NCBI RefSeq assembly: GCF_004010195.1
Contig: NC_057751.1
Span: 6,831,934 to 6,895,933 of the forward strand
Length of the DNA: 64,000 nt
Direction: 5' to 3'
From: Chiloscyllium plagiosum
Lineage: Eukaryota
Shown here: positions 1 through 10,890 of the stretch, piece after piece
Layout: every line of letters starts with the position of its first letter
How positions within the stretch are numbered: position 1 is the stretch's first letter
Notes under the pieces: model-generated
Databases searched by the model: none
Told to the model about the DNA's origin: nothing
The model's input: only the letters and a program-made list of their open reading frames with translations
Translations under genes and position numbers: made by a program

Positions 1-1345
1 CTGTCAGACAAATAAGGTTGTAGTAGTTGGTCATATCAATTACCATAGGGTAGACTGGGGAAAAAAAAAAAGTGTTGGGTGCACAAGGGGAGAAATTCCT
101 GGAGTGCGTTCAGGAGAGCTTTCTGTAACAGTGCACTTCTACTCCTCCCAGGGAGGAAGCTGTGCTGGATCTGGACTTGGATCTGACCCTAAGAAAATGA
201 GGCAGACCAAACTGAAGAATGTCAGAGTGCAGGATCATATGGAAAATACTGATCATAATACAATTAAGTTCAACATAAAGTTAGAAAAGGATGAAAGCCA
301 GTCAAGAATTAAGATTCCACGCTAGAAAAAAGAAGGCAGACTTTAGGGGTGTCAGAATTGTACTTGAGCAGTTTGATTAGAAACGTATTTTGGTGGATAA
401 AACAGTGCATGAAAAAAAACAAAGAGACTTTCAAAACAGAAATGAACGGGATGCAAGATAGATACATACGCTTGAGAAATAAACCGTATCCAAAGCTAGA
501 GTATCCTGAATACCTAAGGATGTTTGAGATAATAAGGAAGAGAAAAAGGAGGTATACAACACATTACCTAATTTCTGGTGTGATGATTATTCTGTTGAGT
601 GTCCTAAATTCAAGAGAGAGACTAAGGCTAGAACATGGAAGACTAAGAGGAAACATGATGGAAGGATGGCAAACTGCATTGAGACAAAGAGTACAATATT
701 TTTCAAACATCTTAGTGCTAAAAAATTAGCAAAGGATAGAGTGGGACCTTTGAGGAACAGACATGGTCAGCTGCTTACTGAAACAAGAAAAGGTATGACA
801 GTCACTAAATCAGTACTTCACTTGTGTCGTTACCACATCAAAAAATGATGACAATGGCCCAATTGAAAAATCTGGGTATTGAGCAACAGAGCACGTTATT
901 AAGAGATTGTCAAAGAGGAGGTGCTAAAATGGCTGGTCACATTCCACACAGAGAAGACACCAGACCTGGGATGCATCTCAGATTGCTGAGATAGTTCAGA
1001 GAGAAAATCCGGGAGCCCTTGACAGAAATGTTCAAAGCCCCTCTGAACACAGGATTAGTCCCTGCCGACTGCAGAATTGCAAATGTGATACTGTTCTTGA
1101 AAGAACGGGCCAGAGGATAACCTGGGAAACTACAGACCTGTCACCTTGACATCAATAGTGCAAAAACCGATGGAGACCATAAAATGAGACAAGATAAAGA
1201 TGCAGTGAGCTAAGAATAAGCTAATACAAGAGTCAACAAGGCTGTGTCAAGGGTAGGTCATGTCCGACAAATGTTATTCATTTCTTTGAGGATCGTGCTG
1301 TGGATGTTGGTGTTTGGACTTTTAGAAAGCACCTTTTAAATGTTT
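1..1345 (+). mobile_element. CR1-clade LINE ORF2 fragment (endonuclease end through start of RT), decayed
   Basis: Frameshifted motifs: VVVG(D)xNYxxxDW near 19-58; PGNYRPV(S)LTS near 1121-1155; xGxxKGRSCxTN near 1237-1272; LDF..KA near 1314-1332. Confidence 0.85.
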
Positions 1346-1439
1346 TGGACTGATGGTGCTTAATTCTTAAATTAAAAGTGAGCTAAAAATAGGAAACAGA
1401 GGTAGGAGGATGCTGCTCCTTCAACAAGGTTAAGTTGTC

Positions 1440-1835
1440 CTTGTCTCTTTCAGAGCGGTGAGCTGCAGCTTGTGGGTTATCTGGTTTGGCTCGGTTTTTG
1501 GGGCCAATTTGATGACAGTTAACAGCTACTGCCTCAGGCTGTAAGCTTTCAAGTTAAAAAAACGACTTGTACAATGAAAGGGGAGTGACCAGTTCTCAGA
1601 GGTCAGCTTTTCTCTGGCTTGGTTTGGTTTTAGCAAGTATCGGTTTTTGATGCTACAGGTCAAAGAAACAGCTACACAGGCGAATGTGTTCCATGCTGAA
1701 TCCCCCTGCCATTTCTCTCTCCAGTAAGGTCCGGTGTTTGATTTTACCTTTTTTGCCAAGGGACGTTTTTGGGGGTTGTTGAAGGAATGCAGAACAGCAT
1801 CATTAAGTTGAGATAGTCTTTTGGGTTTTTGGTTT
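1440..1835. repeat. Unclassified interspersed repeat, possibly an LTR fragment
   Basis: Shares short motifs (ccttt..tgccaag, ggttttagc/ttttagcc) and style with 33850-34200. Boundaries not resolved. Confidence 0.3.
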
Positions 1836-3129
1836 CATTCAGAAACAAAGCAGAAATGGTGTTAAAACTCAGCAGGTCCTACATGGACAAATTGGACTGA
1901 AAAGGTCTGTTTCTGTGCTCTACAACTGTATGCACAATTGTGAAAATAAAATTTCAAACCAATTTCAAGATGATGATGTCTCACTTTCGATTTTACCCTA
2001 GGTTGACAAAGTCTGCATAAGGCTTACGATTTAATTTTACCATGACATTTTTGTTGCAAAGTGCATTATTATTAGGTATCATTGAAATTAATTAAACATT
2101 TATTAGATTCCATTTCATGTTTACAGAACCTTGAAGATTTATTCAATACATTTTGTGCATTTTCATTATTTAAAGGGTAGATTTATGCAATCATGCTTGC
2201 AAGTGTGGACATTTGTAAATGTCAGATTTACATTTATTTTTTAATAAAAAGAACATCTTATTTATTGTGCATTCTTGGGTGCGAGTAGCAAAGGTAGAAC
2301 ATGTGCAAGGCAGCACTTTTCAGGAAATGCTTAATGAACTCTTTTTTACAGCCAGCTTTATTTTCGTGATAAAACCACTGCAATCACTGATCTCCACATG
2401 GAAATCTCAACCAATACAGGTACATTCATGGTTATCTACAGTTGTTGACAAACTCACATTGGAGCCTTTAAAGATATTATGATGCAACCATGGGACCCAA
2501 CTGGTTTTGACTCAGGGACTATGGCAGATATTGCTAGATGCACTCAAACCCCTGTGAATATTGATTGAAACACGCATCAGCCACAAATTCAGTAAATTAT
2601 GTCCTTTTTGAGGCTGTCATACTGCGGCCTTTTTTGCCATGAGAAAATTTGTCGTCAAATTGCAACTAAAATTGTCTGAAGCGAAGCAATCAACTAAGTT
2701 AACGTATTGGTGATTTAGGGGCTATTCTATCCGACTTCCATTGCATTTCTTTAGTTGACAGAACAATGCCATTCAAGTCAGTGTCTCAAGAATAGCACTG
2801 AATTTCCTGTACTCACTTCATGCATTGATTTGTGTTTAGCCAACATAAATTAAATTTGCATTTCACTTTGTTTGTTCACAGAAACCGAATGTTATTTTAG
2901 GGCTCAGTGAGAAGTAGAGATTGGAACTTAGGACAGGTGACTTAGCCATTGCTCAAGAATCAAAGACTCGACCCTATATACCTGCCATCGTGATCAATGC
3001 ACGATAATGTGATGATGGAGATGTTGACGAAGTTTAGATGAATCACAGCAGTTAGTCAATAATAGACAAGATGTAAGACAAGGAAATCTGCAAGTGTCCA
3101 GATGTAAAGATCTGACAGCAGAATGACTG

Positions 3130-3266
3130 CTGAAGAGCTGATGAAGGGCTTATGCCCAAAACATTGATTCTCCTGCTCCTTGGATGCTGCCTGACGTGCT
3201 GGGCTTTTCCAGCACCACACTCTTCGACTCTGATCTCAAGCATCAGCAGTCCTGTCTTTCTCCTAT
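3130..3266 (+). mobile_element. Solitary Penelope-like pseudo-LTR with decayed hammerhead motif
   Basis: ctgatgaagggcttatgcccaaaac...ggatgctgcctgac...ttttccagcaccacac closely matches the terminus of the GIY-YIG element at 4330-4424. Confidence 0.8.
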
Positions 3267-3427
3267 AGACTGACTGCTGACTAGGGTTCATTAATCCTAA
3301 GTTATCGCAAGTCTTGGAGGAAAGTTAAAAGTTGTCTTGTTGCTTTCATTTTAGTGTTCCTTATGAAAATATCAGAACACATTGCTCATTGCAATAACCG
3401 TTAATTGTCTGAATCAGTTAAGTATCT

Positions 3428-4424
3428 AGGAGAAAGTGAGGACTGCAGGAGGTAGAAATGGGCAGTGTGGGATTGTGGGACTGAGGTTGGAGGCGGTGGA
3501 TGGGAGATCCCCTGAGGTGATGAGGTTATGGATGATCTGGCAGATGATGGTTTGGTGGTGGGAGGTGTAAATCCACGAGCTGGCATTTACATTGCTGAGG
3601 CTAAACGCCAGCTCGTGGACACCACCTCCTACTGCCCCCTTGACCATGACCCCGCCTCCACCGCATCTGCTCCCAGGAGGACCAATTCCAATACCGAACA
3701 ACCCAGATGGCCTCCTTCAAAGACCGCAAATTCCCCTCAGAAATGCAAAACCTGCGCCCACACGTTCCCCCCTCACTTCCCTCCAAGGCCCCAAGGGATC
3801 CTTCCATATCCATCACAAATTCACCTGCACCTCCACACACATTTACTGCATCCGCTGCACCCGATGTGGCCTCCTCTACATTGGGAGACAGGCCGCCTAC
3901 TTGCGGAACGTTTCAGAGAACACCTCTAGGACACCCGCACCAACCAATCCAACCGCCTTGTGGCTGAGCACTAACTCTCCCTCCCACTCCAAAGACATGC
4001 AGGTCCTTTGCCTCCTCCATTGCCAGACCATGGCAACACGACACCTGGAGGAACAGCGCTTCATCTTCCGCCTAGGAACCCTCCAACCACAAGGAATGAA
4101 TGCAGATTTCTCCAGCTTCATTTCCCCTCCCCCCACCTTCTCAGTCCCAACCTTCGGACTCAGCACCGCCTTCTTGACCTGCAATCTTGTTCCCGACCAC
4201 TCCACCCCCACCCCCTCTCCGACCTATTACCCTCACCTTAACCTCCTTCCACCTATTCCATTCCCAACGCCCCTCCCCCAAGTCCCTCCTCCCTACCTTT
4301 TATCTTAGCCTGCTTGGCACACTCTCCTCATTCCTGAAGAAGGGCTTATGCCCGAAACGTCGATTCTCCTACTCCTTGGATGCTGCCTGACCTGCTGTGC
4401 TTTTCCAGCAACACGTTTTTCAGC
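3428..4424 (+). mobile_element. Penelope-like element (GIY-YIG endonuclease C-terminus plus pseudo-LTR), internally deleted, with an inverted 5' segment
   Basis: IYCIRCTRCGLLYIG and ETGRLLAERFREHL (two frames), and EEQRFIFRLGTLQPQGMN. The 5' end (aggagaaagtgaggactgcag) is the reverse complement of the pLTR end. Perfect 14-bp TSD TCAGTTAAGTATCT at 3414-3427 and 4425-4438. Confidence 0.92.
4330..4365 (+). ncRNA. Minimal type-I hammerhead ribozyme motif within the Penelope pLTR
   Basis: CTGAAGA (4334-4340), extra A, stem II GGGC-TTAT-GCCC, GAAA, then C-GTC (palindromic ACGT helix III, GUC cleavage triplet). Stem I is weak. Confidence 0.7.
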
Positions 4425-4854
4425 TCAGTTAAGTATCTGTTCCTTTCCCGCAGTAATCTGAATGGAGACCAGTAACTTTATTACTATTTTAATTCCTAGT
4501 GTGTAACAAAAAATTCCTAGTGTGTATGCCACAAGATTGTAATCTTCCAAAAGTTGTACTGTGCATAGATGTATGAGTATTGTGAATTTAATACTATGTA
4601 TTGTACAGACAAGAGTTTTAGAACATAAATCTGAGCAGACCACTTCTGTTCTACTATTTCATATCCTCAAGAGTTCCCAAATACTGGTCAGGACATTGTT
4701 CCTTCTCTTACAACCAAACCATATCATGCCACACAGTTCAGGAATATGCTCTGATTCATCTCCATGTTGTCTTTTTCTGTGGTATGATTTTTCTTGGGAT
4801 TTTTATTCGCAGCTTCTCTGTGGGCAAAGCCCCAACACTCCTCCATTACCTCAT

Positions 4855-5557
4855 GTTTGTTGACACCCCATGCTTGAAAATGAAGTTAGTTTGTTCGCGA
4901 AAGCCTGGGCCGAAGAAGCTGATAAATATCAATATCTCAACGAAGGAATTTTCAATTTAACAAGTGGAACGGAACTTTTTTTTGGATTGGTCACAGATGC
5001 TCGACGCAAATGGCCGAGTCGAACAATAAATTTAAGAATCAGTTAGTTTTCAAAAATACCAGTCCTTTGCCCAAGAAATATCAAAACTCAATCTCTCTTT
5101 CTTTAGAAATGCTGCACATTTTTAGCGATGACTGAGACACTTTCTCTATGCATAAGAACTTGCATGACATTCTAAGGATGGATATTTTATAATTCATACT
5201 TTTTAGCTCTTTAGCATTTGAACACTTTAGTGTTAAGATTAGTGTTAAGATATTTTCACAGTTGTAAGTATATTTTAATAATTTAGAATTTGTTCATTTA
5301 AATAATTAAGATTTAATTTTAGATCAGCACAATGCAAGATGGTGGGTAATGTTCGGTGTTCATTGTTAAGTTTCACCAGCTACACAGATGTTAATATCAA
5401 TGGTCCATAAATTTAGCAAATAGTGCTACCCAGCTCTGTGTTTCTTCAAGCCCATTATGTCCTTAACTGCCTCTGTACCCCCAGCTGTAAGATAGCTACA
5501 TTGAGGCGACGCATACATTGACGAGTGTTAAAATAGTATAGTAACAGTGTATTAAAA
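4855..5557 (+). mobile_element. R2 non-LTR retrotransposon 3' remnant (restriction-like endonuclease C-terminus plus 3' UTR), decayed and 5'-truncated
   Basis: Frameshifted FVD..xENEVSLFAKAWAEEADKYQYLNEGIFNLTSGTELFFGLVTDARRKWP...SFAQEISKL...SLEMLHIFSDD* (stop 5133-5135) matches the vertebrate R2 pattern VD.TVR.E...A.EK..KY..L...LT....F.GF..GARGKW...S....L.S......F. Ends ...attaaaa immediately before 28S TAGCCAAATGCC. Confidence 0.85.
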
Positions 5558-6490
5558 TAGCCAAATGCCTTATCTAATTAGTGACTTGCATAAATGGATG
5601 AATGCGATTCCCACTGTCCATATCTACTATCTTGCAAAACCGTAGCCAAGGGAATGGACTTTGAGACAAAAAAACTGCAGATGCTGAAATCCGAAAGTAG
5701 ACAAGCAGAGGGCTCGAAGAACACAGCAAGCTGGGCAGCATCATGAAATCAATGTTCAGTAAACAGGCTTGGCAGGATCAGTGAGGAAAGACAACCCTGT
5801 TGAGCTCGATTCTAGTCTGGCATTGGGAAGGAGAGACACGAGAGGTGTACAATGAGTGGGAGACCTTGGCTCTACTGAAATACCACTCCTCATATCTTTT
5901 ATTCATTGAGGTTCAGAGTGAGGGTGGTGATGGAAAAGGCCTTTCATTTCTGGTCAGAAGTGGTCGGGCATGACTTCCTCCGGGGACAGTGGCAAGTGTG
6001 AAGTTTGACTGGGGCAGTACATTTGTCACACCCTTTATGCAGGTGTCCTCAGTTAAGCTCAGGGACGACAGAACCCTCCCGTGGAGCAGAAGGGCAAAAG
6101 TGTACTTGATGTTGAATTTCATAACACCTACAGACCAAGAAGGCAGTGCCTTGCGATCCTTTTGACCTTGGAGATTTTAAGCAGGAGGTTTCAGAGAAGT
6201 TACCACAGGGACAACTGGCTTGTGGCAGACAATAATTCATAGCAACGCCGTTTTTTTGATCCTTTGATGTCAGCTTTTCCTACCATTGTGAAGCAGAATT
6301 CACCAAGCGTTGGATTGTTCACCCACTATTAGGGAATGTGTGCTGGGTTCAGACCATTGTGCTACAGATTAGATGTACCCTACTAACAATGTGTTGTTGC
6401 AATAGTAATCCTGTTCAGTATGAGAGGAACCTCAGGTTCAGACATTTATTGTATGTGTTTGCCAAAGGAGTCAATGGTGCGAGGCCTCCA
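5558..6490 (+). pseudogene. Dispersed, decayed 28S rDNA fragment starting at the R2 insertion site
   Basis: Colinear 28S motifs with many CpG transitions: tagccaaatgcc..tctaattagtgac; accctgttgagct; gtttgactggggc; gaagggcaaaag; aagttaccacaggga; gcagaattcaccaagcgttggattgttcacccact; gagaggaacc..aggttcagacatt. No 18S, 5.8S or upstream 28S sequence nearby. Confidence 0.95.
5662..5761 (-). mobile_element. Short Penelope-pLTR-like insertion inside the 28S fragment
   Basis: actgcagatgctgaaatc...aacacagcaagctgggcagcatc. Flanked by two differently decayed copies of 28S AACGGGCTT (aatggactt 5653-5661, aacaggctt 5762-5770), i.e. a TSD. Confidence 0.75.
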
Positions 6491-7789
6491 GGTCTGATTC
6501 CCACCTAAACATAATGGGGGGAGGCGGGGACACTGCGAGTGTCAGAAATGCATGGAGGTTGGATGTCTTCCAACGCTATGACTTAGCTTGCTACCTTGAC
6601 ACGCTGGTGTTTGTCCAGTGGAGTGCGCGTCGTGCCACCCAATGGTCAGGGTGCATGACATGCAGGAAGCTGAGTGCGGATCTCTGCCCATTCACCCTTT
6701 TTGTCCTCCCTCTCTGCCACCAAGCTTCAACATTCCTGAGTTTGCACGGAGTTTCCCACCTTCATTCTGGGAAATTATCACATTCTGTTTTTGTCAAGCT
6801 GCTTTTCAGCTCCAACCAAATATTTAAAAAAAAAAACATCATACAGATCCAAATCCAAAACAAAAAAATGATACTTCCTCCTTAAAATCTACCCCAACAG
6901 CAACCTGGGACACCTGGGATGTTCCATGTGGAGATTTAAACAATTTGGTGTTTTACACCTCAGGCATCCCTCGGATCTGGGACCCATTCCAAAAGGCCAA
7001 GTTTATCTAGCTGGAGGGGATAACTGATCTCCCACACACACTAAGAGAGAATAACCAGACCACCTATTGTTGACTTTTCCCACTGCCTGTTTTTAACTCT
7101 AACCTTATTAAATAAACAGACTACCCTTGTGATTCAGCTGTTTTCTCAGCTTCTTTACTCATCTTCCATTGTAAGTGCGTCTGAGATCTTACAATTAAAA
7201 ACATCAATCCCCGTGAAAAGTTATGCTCCCACAATATAAATGTCAACAATGCAAAAAAGTGGGCACATTGGACAATTGAATGTAGATTTGGCAAAGATAG
7301 CTGGGGCAGGAGATGCCATGCAATCTCCAGAAGTCTAGATGTTCATATTTGGCAACGTTATAACTGACCTATTTCAGTCAGAATGGAGACAGAAGAGTTT
7401 TTTTTAAATAAACCTGACTAGGAGAGAACCAGAACCAGGATATTGATGGCCAAGCAACGGACCCATAACTGATTTACCTACTGTAAATGATCAGCAACCA
7501 GGTGTCAGAGATAATGGGGAAGCTACTATGTGGAGGTAAAGCAAAGATTTTACCAGTGGTAAGAGTGAACCTGGATGATTGTCTCCGGAGGTTGGTTTTT
7601 AAGCATGCAGGCATGAATTGATTGAGCAACAGTGGGATAACAAGATGTAAATATCAGCTGCAATGGCTTTGATCATACAATTGTTCATAATCCTTCCTTC
7701 CCACGTCTTGGCTGTGTTGGAATAAAACCTAATCACACACAGTCACAGGTGGATATCAAATATCCCTTGGCACGACTTCAAACATGAAC

Positions 7790-8020
7790 AAGGGAACTCC
7801 CCCTGGTTTCTGAACCAATCTTCATCCCTCAGCCAACAGCATGAGAAAACAGATTATCTGGTCATTATCACATTACCATTTTATGCTACCTTGCTGTGCT
7901 CAAATTGGCTGCTGTGCAGCCAACATCACAAAATTTCAATGAAATTGCTACATTGACCTGTAAATCATTGAGTTGTCCAGAGGGCATTTAGGATGATGCG
8001 TAAATGCAAAATTTCTCTTT
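7790..8020 (+). mobile_element. DeuSINE (SacSINE1/AmnSINE1-like) fragment
   Basis: atccctcagccaac..aaaacagattatctggtcattatcacatt...cttgctgtgctcaaattggctgc...taaatgcaa, recalled as Deu-domain and tail motifs. Confidence 0.75.
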
Positions 8021-8692
8021 ATTGTTTGTTCTGAACTGTATTTTTTTTAGGAATCCATAGCTGTGTAATATTGATGTAATTCAGTGTCTTGGCTCTTACA
8101 GCATAATATTGCAAAGAAACAGCAAGTTTACCCAGCCTCCTGAAGGGAAGTTCCAGACCTGACCATCTGGAGTACAAAGGGAATACCATTATTATTTTAC
8201 AACTAAAGCAAGGTTAATTTGTAATTGCCATGTGAATATCTTGCCTTTATATTTGTGTCAAAGAACTGGCAAATTGTGTGGTATAAGTTTTGTTCTAGAT
8301 TGTCTGGACCTTCAGCTGCTGTGCTCATTACAAATCTTTTAAGAGTCAGTTGTAGCCTGTTCCTCAAAAGGTATCAATAATTGTTCTCATTCTCAGAATG
8401 AGGTTCCTTGGTTGTATTGCAGTCTCCTGTTTGGTCTCAATGTTGCTGGACATTATTTCCATCTGATCAGACGAACCAAACATATCTTTGTTCAGAATGG
8501 TCAGAAACCTGGATGTATATCAATTCTATCCCTTGCAGAATTTGTCTGTATTGTTGATGTCTAAAATGTTGCGGAGGAAACCATTTCATTAGTAAGTCTC
8601 TGCTTCCCTTCCATTCAGTCTGCCGAATGAATGATTTGTCAATTGAGGAGAAAGATTTGTAAAGCTAACTTGAGGGAAATACTTGACAAGTG

Positions 8693-8886
8693 TGTCCATC
8701 TCACCTACCTTCCCCCCAACTCCACCCTCATCCTCTATTTATCTCAGCTCCCTTTCCCTTCCACATTCCTGAAGGGCTTATGCCTCAAATGTACTGCACC
8801 TTGGATGCTGCCTGACCTGCAGTGCTTTATCCAGCGCCACACGTTTTGACTGACTCTGCAGCATCTGCAGTCCTCACTTTCTCCTC
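8693..8886 (+). mobile_element. Penelope-like 3' end / pseudo-LTR fragment
   Basis: tatttatctcagctcc...attcctgaagggcttatgcc...ggatgctgcctgacctgc...gcatctgcagtcctcactttctcct. Confidence 0.8.
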
Positions 8887-10559
8887 GTGTTAAACTTGGC
8901 AATGACCATCACTGCAAGCAGACAGAGTTGAGTTTTCTATGAATGCAACAGAGTGCGTACACATGCTCAGTATTAGTAATAGATTTATTTTTCTAGTACC
9001 AGCTATTTTCTCAGGTCCTAATCGTGTGGGAATGATCTCCAGGTTTGCTCAATTGAGACTCACTGTTGCTACAACTTTATTAGACCATCCATTCCTTTGT
9101 AAAATATCTTTGTGGCTTCGGGATAACATGCATTCCAATTATGAATTTTCTCAAAGCATTTAATCTTTAATTATTATTTGGTACTCATCTCCACAAACAA
9201 ATTAGTTGATTAGTTTTAAATAATGGTTTAGGGAGTGACAAAGGTCCATTAATGTTGACATTGTGGGAGATAGAAATGGACAATATGTCCCTAAAATCCC
9301 CCTGTAATTCCCAACTGCCACCATGTGTTTCCAAACTTCAAGAGCAACCTCCCAATTCTCGAATGATTCCCGATCTGCAAGTCCGACTTTTCCTCCAAAA
9401 CCAAAATTTCCTTGTTCACTGATCCAAATCCTAAGAGCTAGGTACAAACCATTCTAAAACAGCTGAAACCACAACCACCTACTTTCCAGTTATCAGAATT
9501 TCTGTTCCTGCAGCTAACTGACATCTGTCACATTATCTTTTCCACCTTCCTTTTGTCAAGCAGGACTTTATGAATTATTCAAGCCATTTTGTTTTAAGTA
9601 GTGATTAATTTGAATCCAAAGTTCATTTGGTGGTGCTTTGAAGAGTTTTTGCCCCTAACTCAGTTACATGAGATGTGTGATCCTGTAACAGAGAGAAAGT
9701 TGATTGCTTGCTTTGAGTCAGCATGTGTGATTCTGCATAGGGTAGTCATTCATGTGTTCAATTCCAAAACACAAACAAACAAAGTTTGAGGTATACATGT
9801 AGGCCAAAGCACCATGAAAAGCACCCCTACCCTTGTTCAAAATGTGGCTGTGTAACTTGTCCATCCTTGTAGGAATGGCCTCTAATGTCCAATTGACAGG
9901 ATTCCCTCAATACTGCAGTTGTAGTGTGAGGCTAGCTTGTTGTTCTGGAGCATGCTTTCATCCAGCAACCTTCTAATTCATAGCTCTGAATCTAACCAAG
10001 TGACAATGGTAAAGAGTTGAGGTACAGATCGAGGATCTAAGAATGGCTGAGCAAACTCTAAAGGAGACAATTAGTCTACCAATGCCATGGGAAAGCAGCA
10101 AGTTTCTGATGGTACTGATTATCGTCCATGATAATGATAATGGATACATTAAAAATCAAAATGATTTATATAGTAAGAGAGCAAAATACCAAGTTCGTGC
10201 ACCAATTATTTGACTAAGCAACCACAAATTAAGCACACACTGTTCATGTTTATTGTCTGAAATTATCCTGTACTTCAGAAGTAGCTCTGGCCTTCCAGTC
10301 TGCAAATGCTTGAGGAAAAGTGGATCAGTGTTTTCCTAACACTTCTCTCCCTATCTTTCTCATCGCACATTTTCCTTCCACTTGGCAATAAAAATTGCTT
10401 CCATCTTGAGTCAAATAAACCCAGTGCAAATATAGCCACCATCCTCCCTCTACCATCCCAAAATGTGTATTGTCATACCTAGAAGGCAGGTAGAGAAATT
10501 CCAAAGACCAAAACAGTGTTTGCCAGCTTGTGTTTTAAATCTGTTTCTTCGACAAAATG

Positions 10560-10890
10560 GACAACTTCCCTGGACTCAAAAATGTCTCTGAATAGTAACA
10601 TGATTTCCAGAAGCTTCTGAAACCCATACATTGTATGAGCATTCCAGCTGAAGTGGGCACAGAGGACTTGGAGATGACCCATCTGCTTCAAGGCAGATCT
10701 GGATGAAGGAAAACATCAAGACCCATGATGTAGAATTGAGCAAAGCTTTGATGGTTACCTCAACACTTCACAATGCAATGTGTAACAAGGGCCAACCAAC
10801 CTTCCATTTAGCACACAGACGGGGCATCAACACATGAAATGTCTCCATCACATGACAGATCAGAACAGGTTGATGTCAATGTACAACTCT
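10560..10890 (+). mobile_element. Probable RTE-clade LINE 3' fragment, highly decayed
   Basis: ccagaagcttctg...ggcacagagg...cccatctgcttcaagg resembles the RTE PK.LL..G.R..G.P..RFKD region. Confidence 0.35.

Noticed and set aside
2352..2910. Phase-compatible two-exon model (2352-2419 plus 2882-2910; QLYFRDKTTAITDLHMEISTNTETECYFRAQ*)
   Set aside because: The donor (GTACAT) is weak, the peptide is not recognised and there is no supporting upstream exon. Compatible with chance.
4870..5046. 58-codon ORF first suspected to be an endogenous viral fragment
   Set aside because: The KY..L...LT...FFG...AR.KW pattern and its position upstream of the 28S R2 target site are better explained by an R2 C-terminus.
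5558..6490. Functional 28S rRNA gene
   Set aside because: It is partial, heavily mutated, interrupted by an insertion and has no surrounding rDNA unit.
6576..6600. ctatgact..gctaccttga resembling pieces of the 28S R2 target in mixed orientation
   Set aside because: Matches are only 8-9 nt and in inconsistent orientation; likely coincidental.
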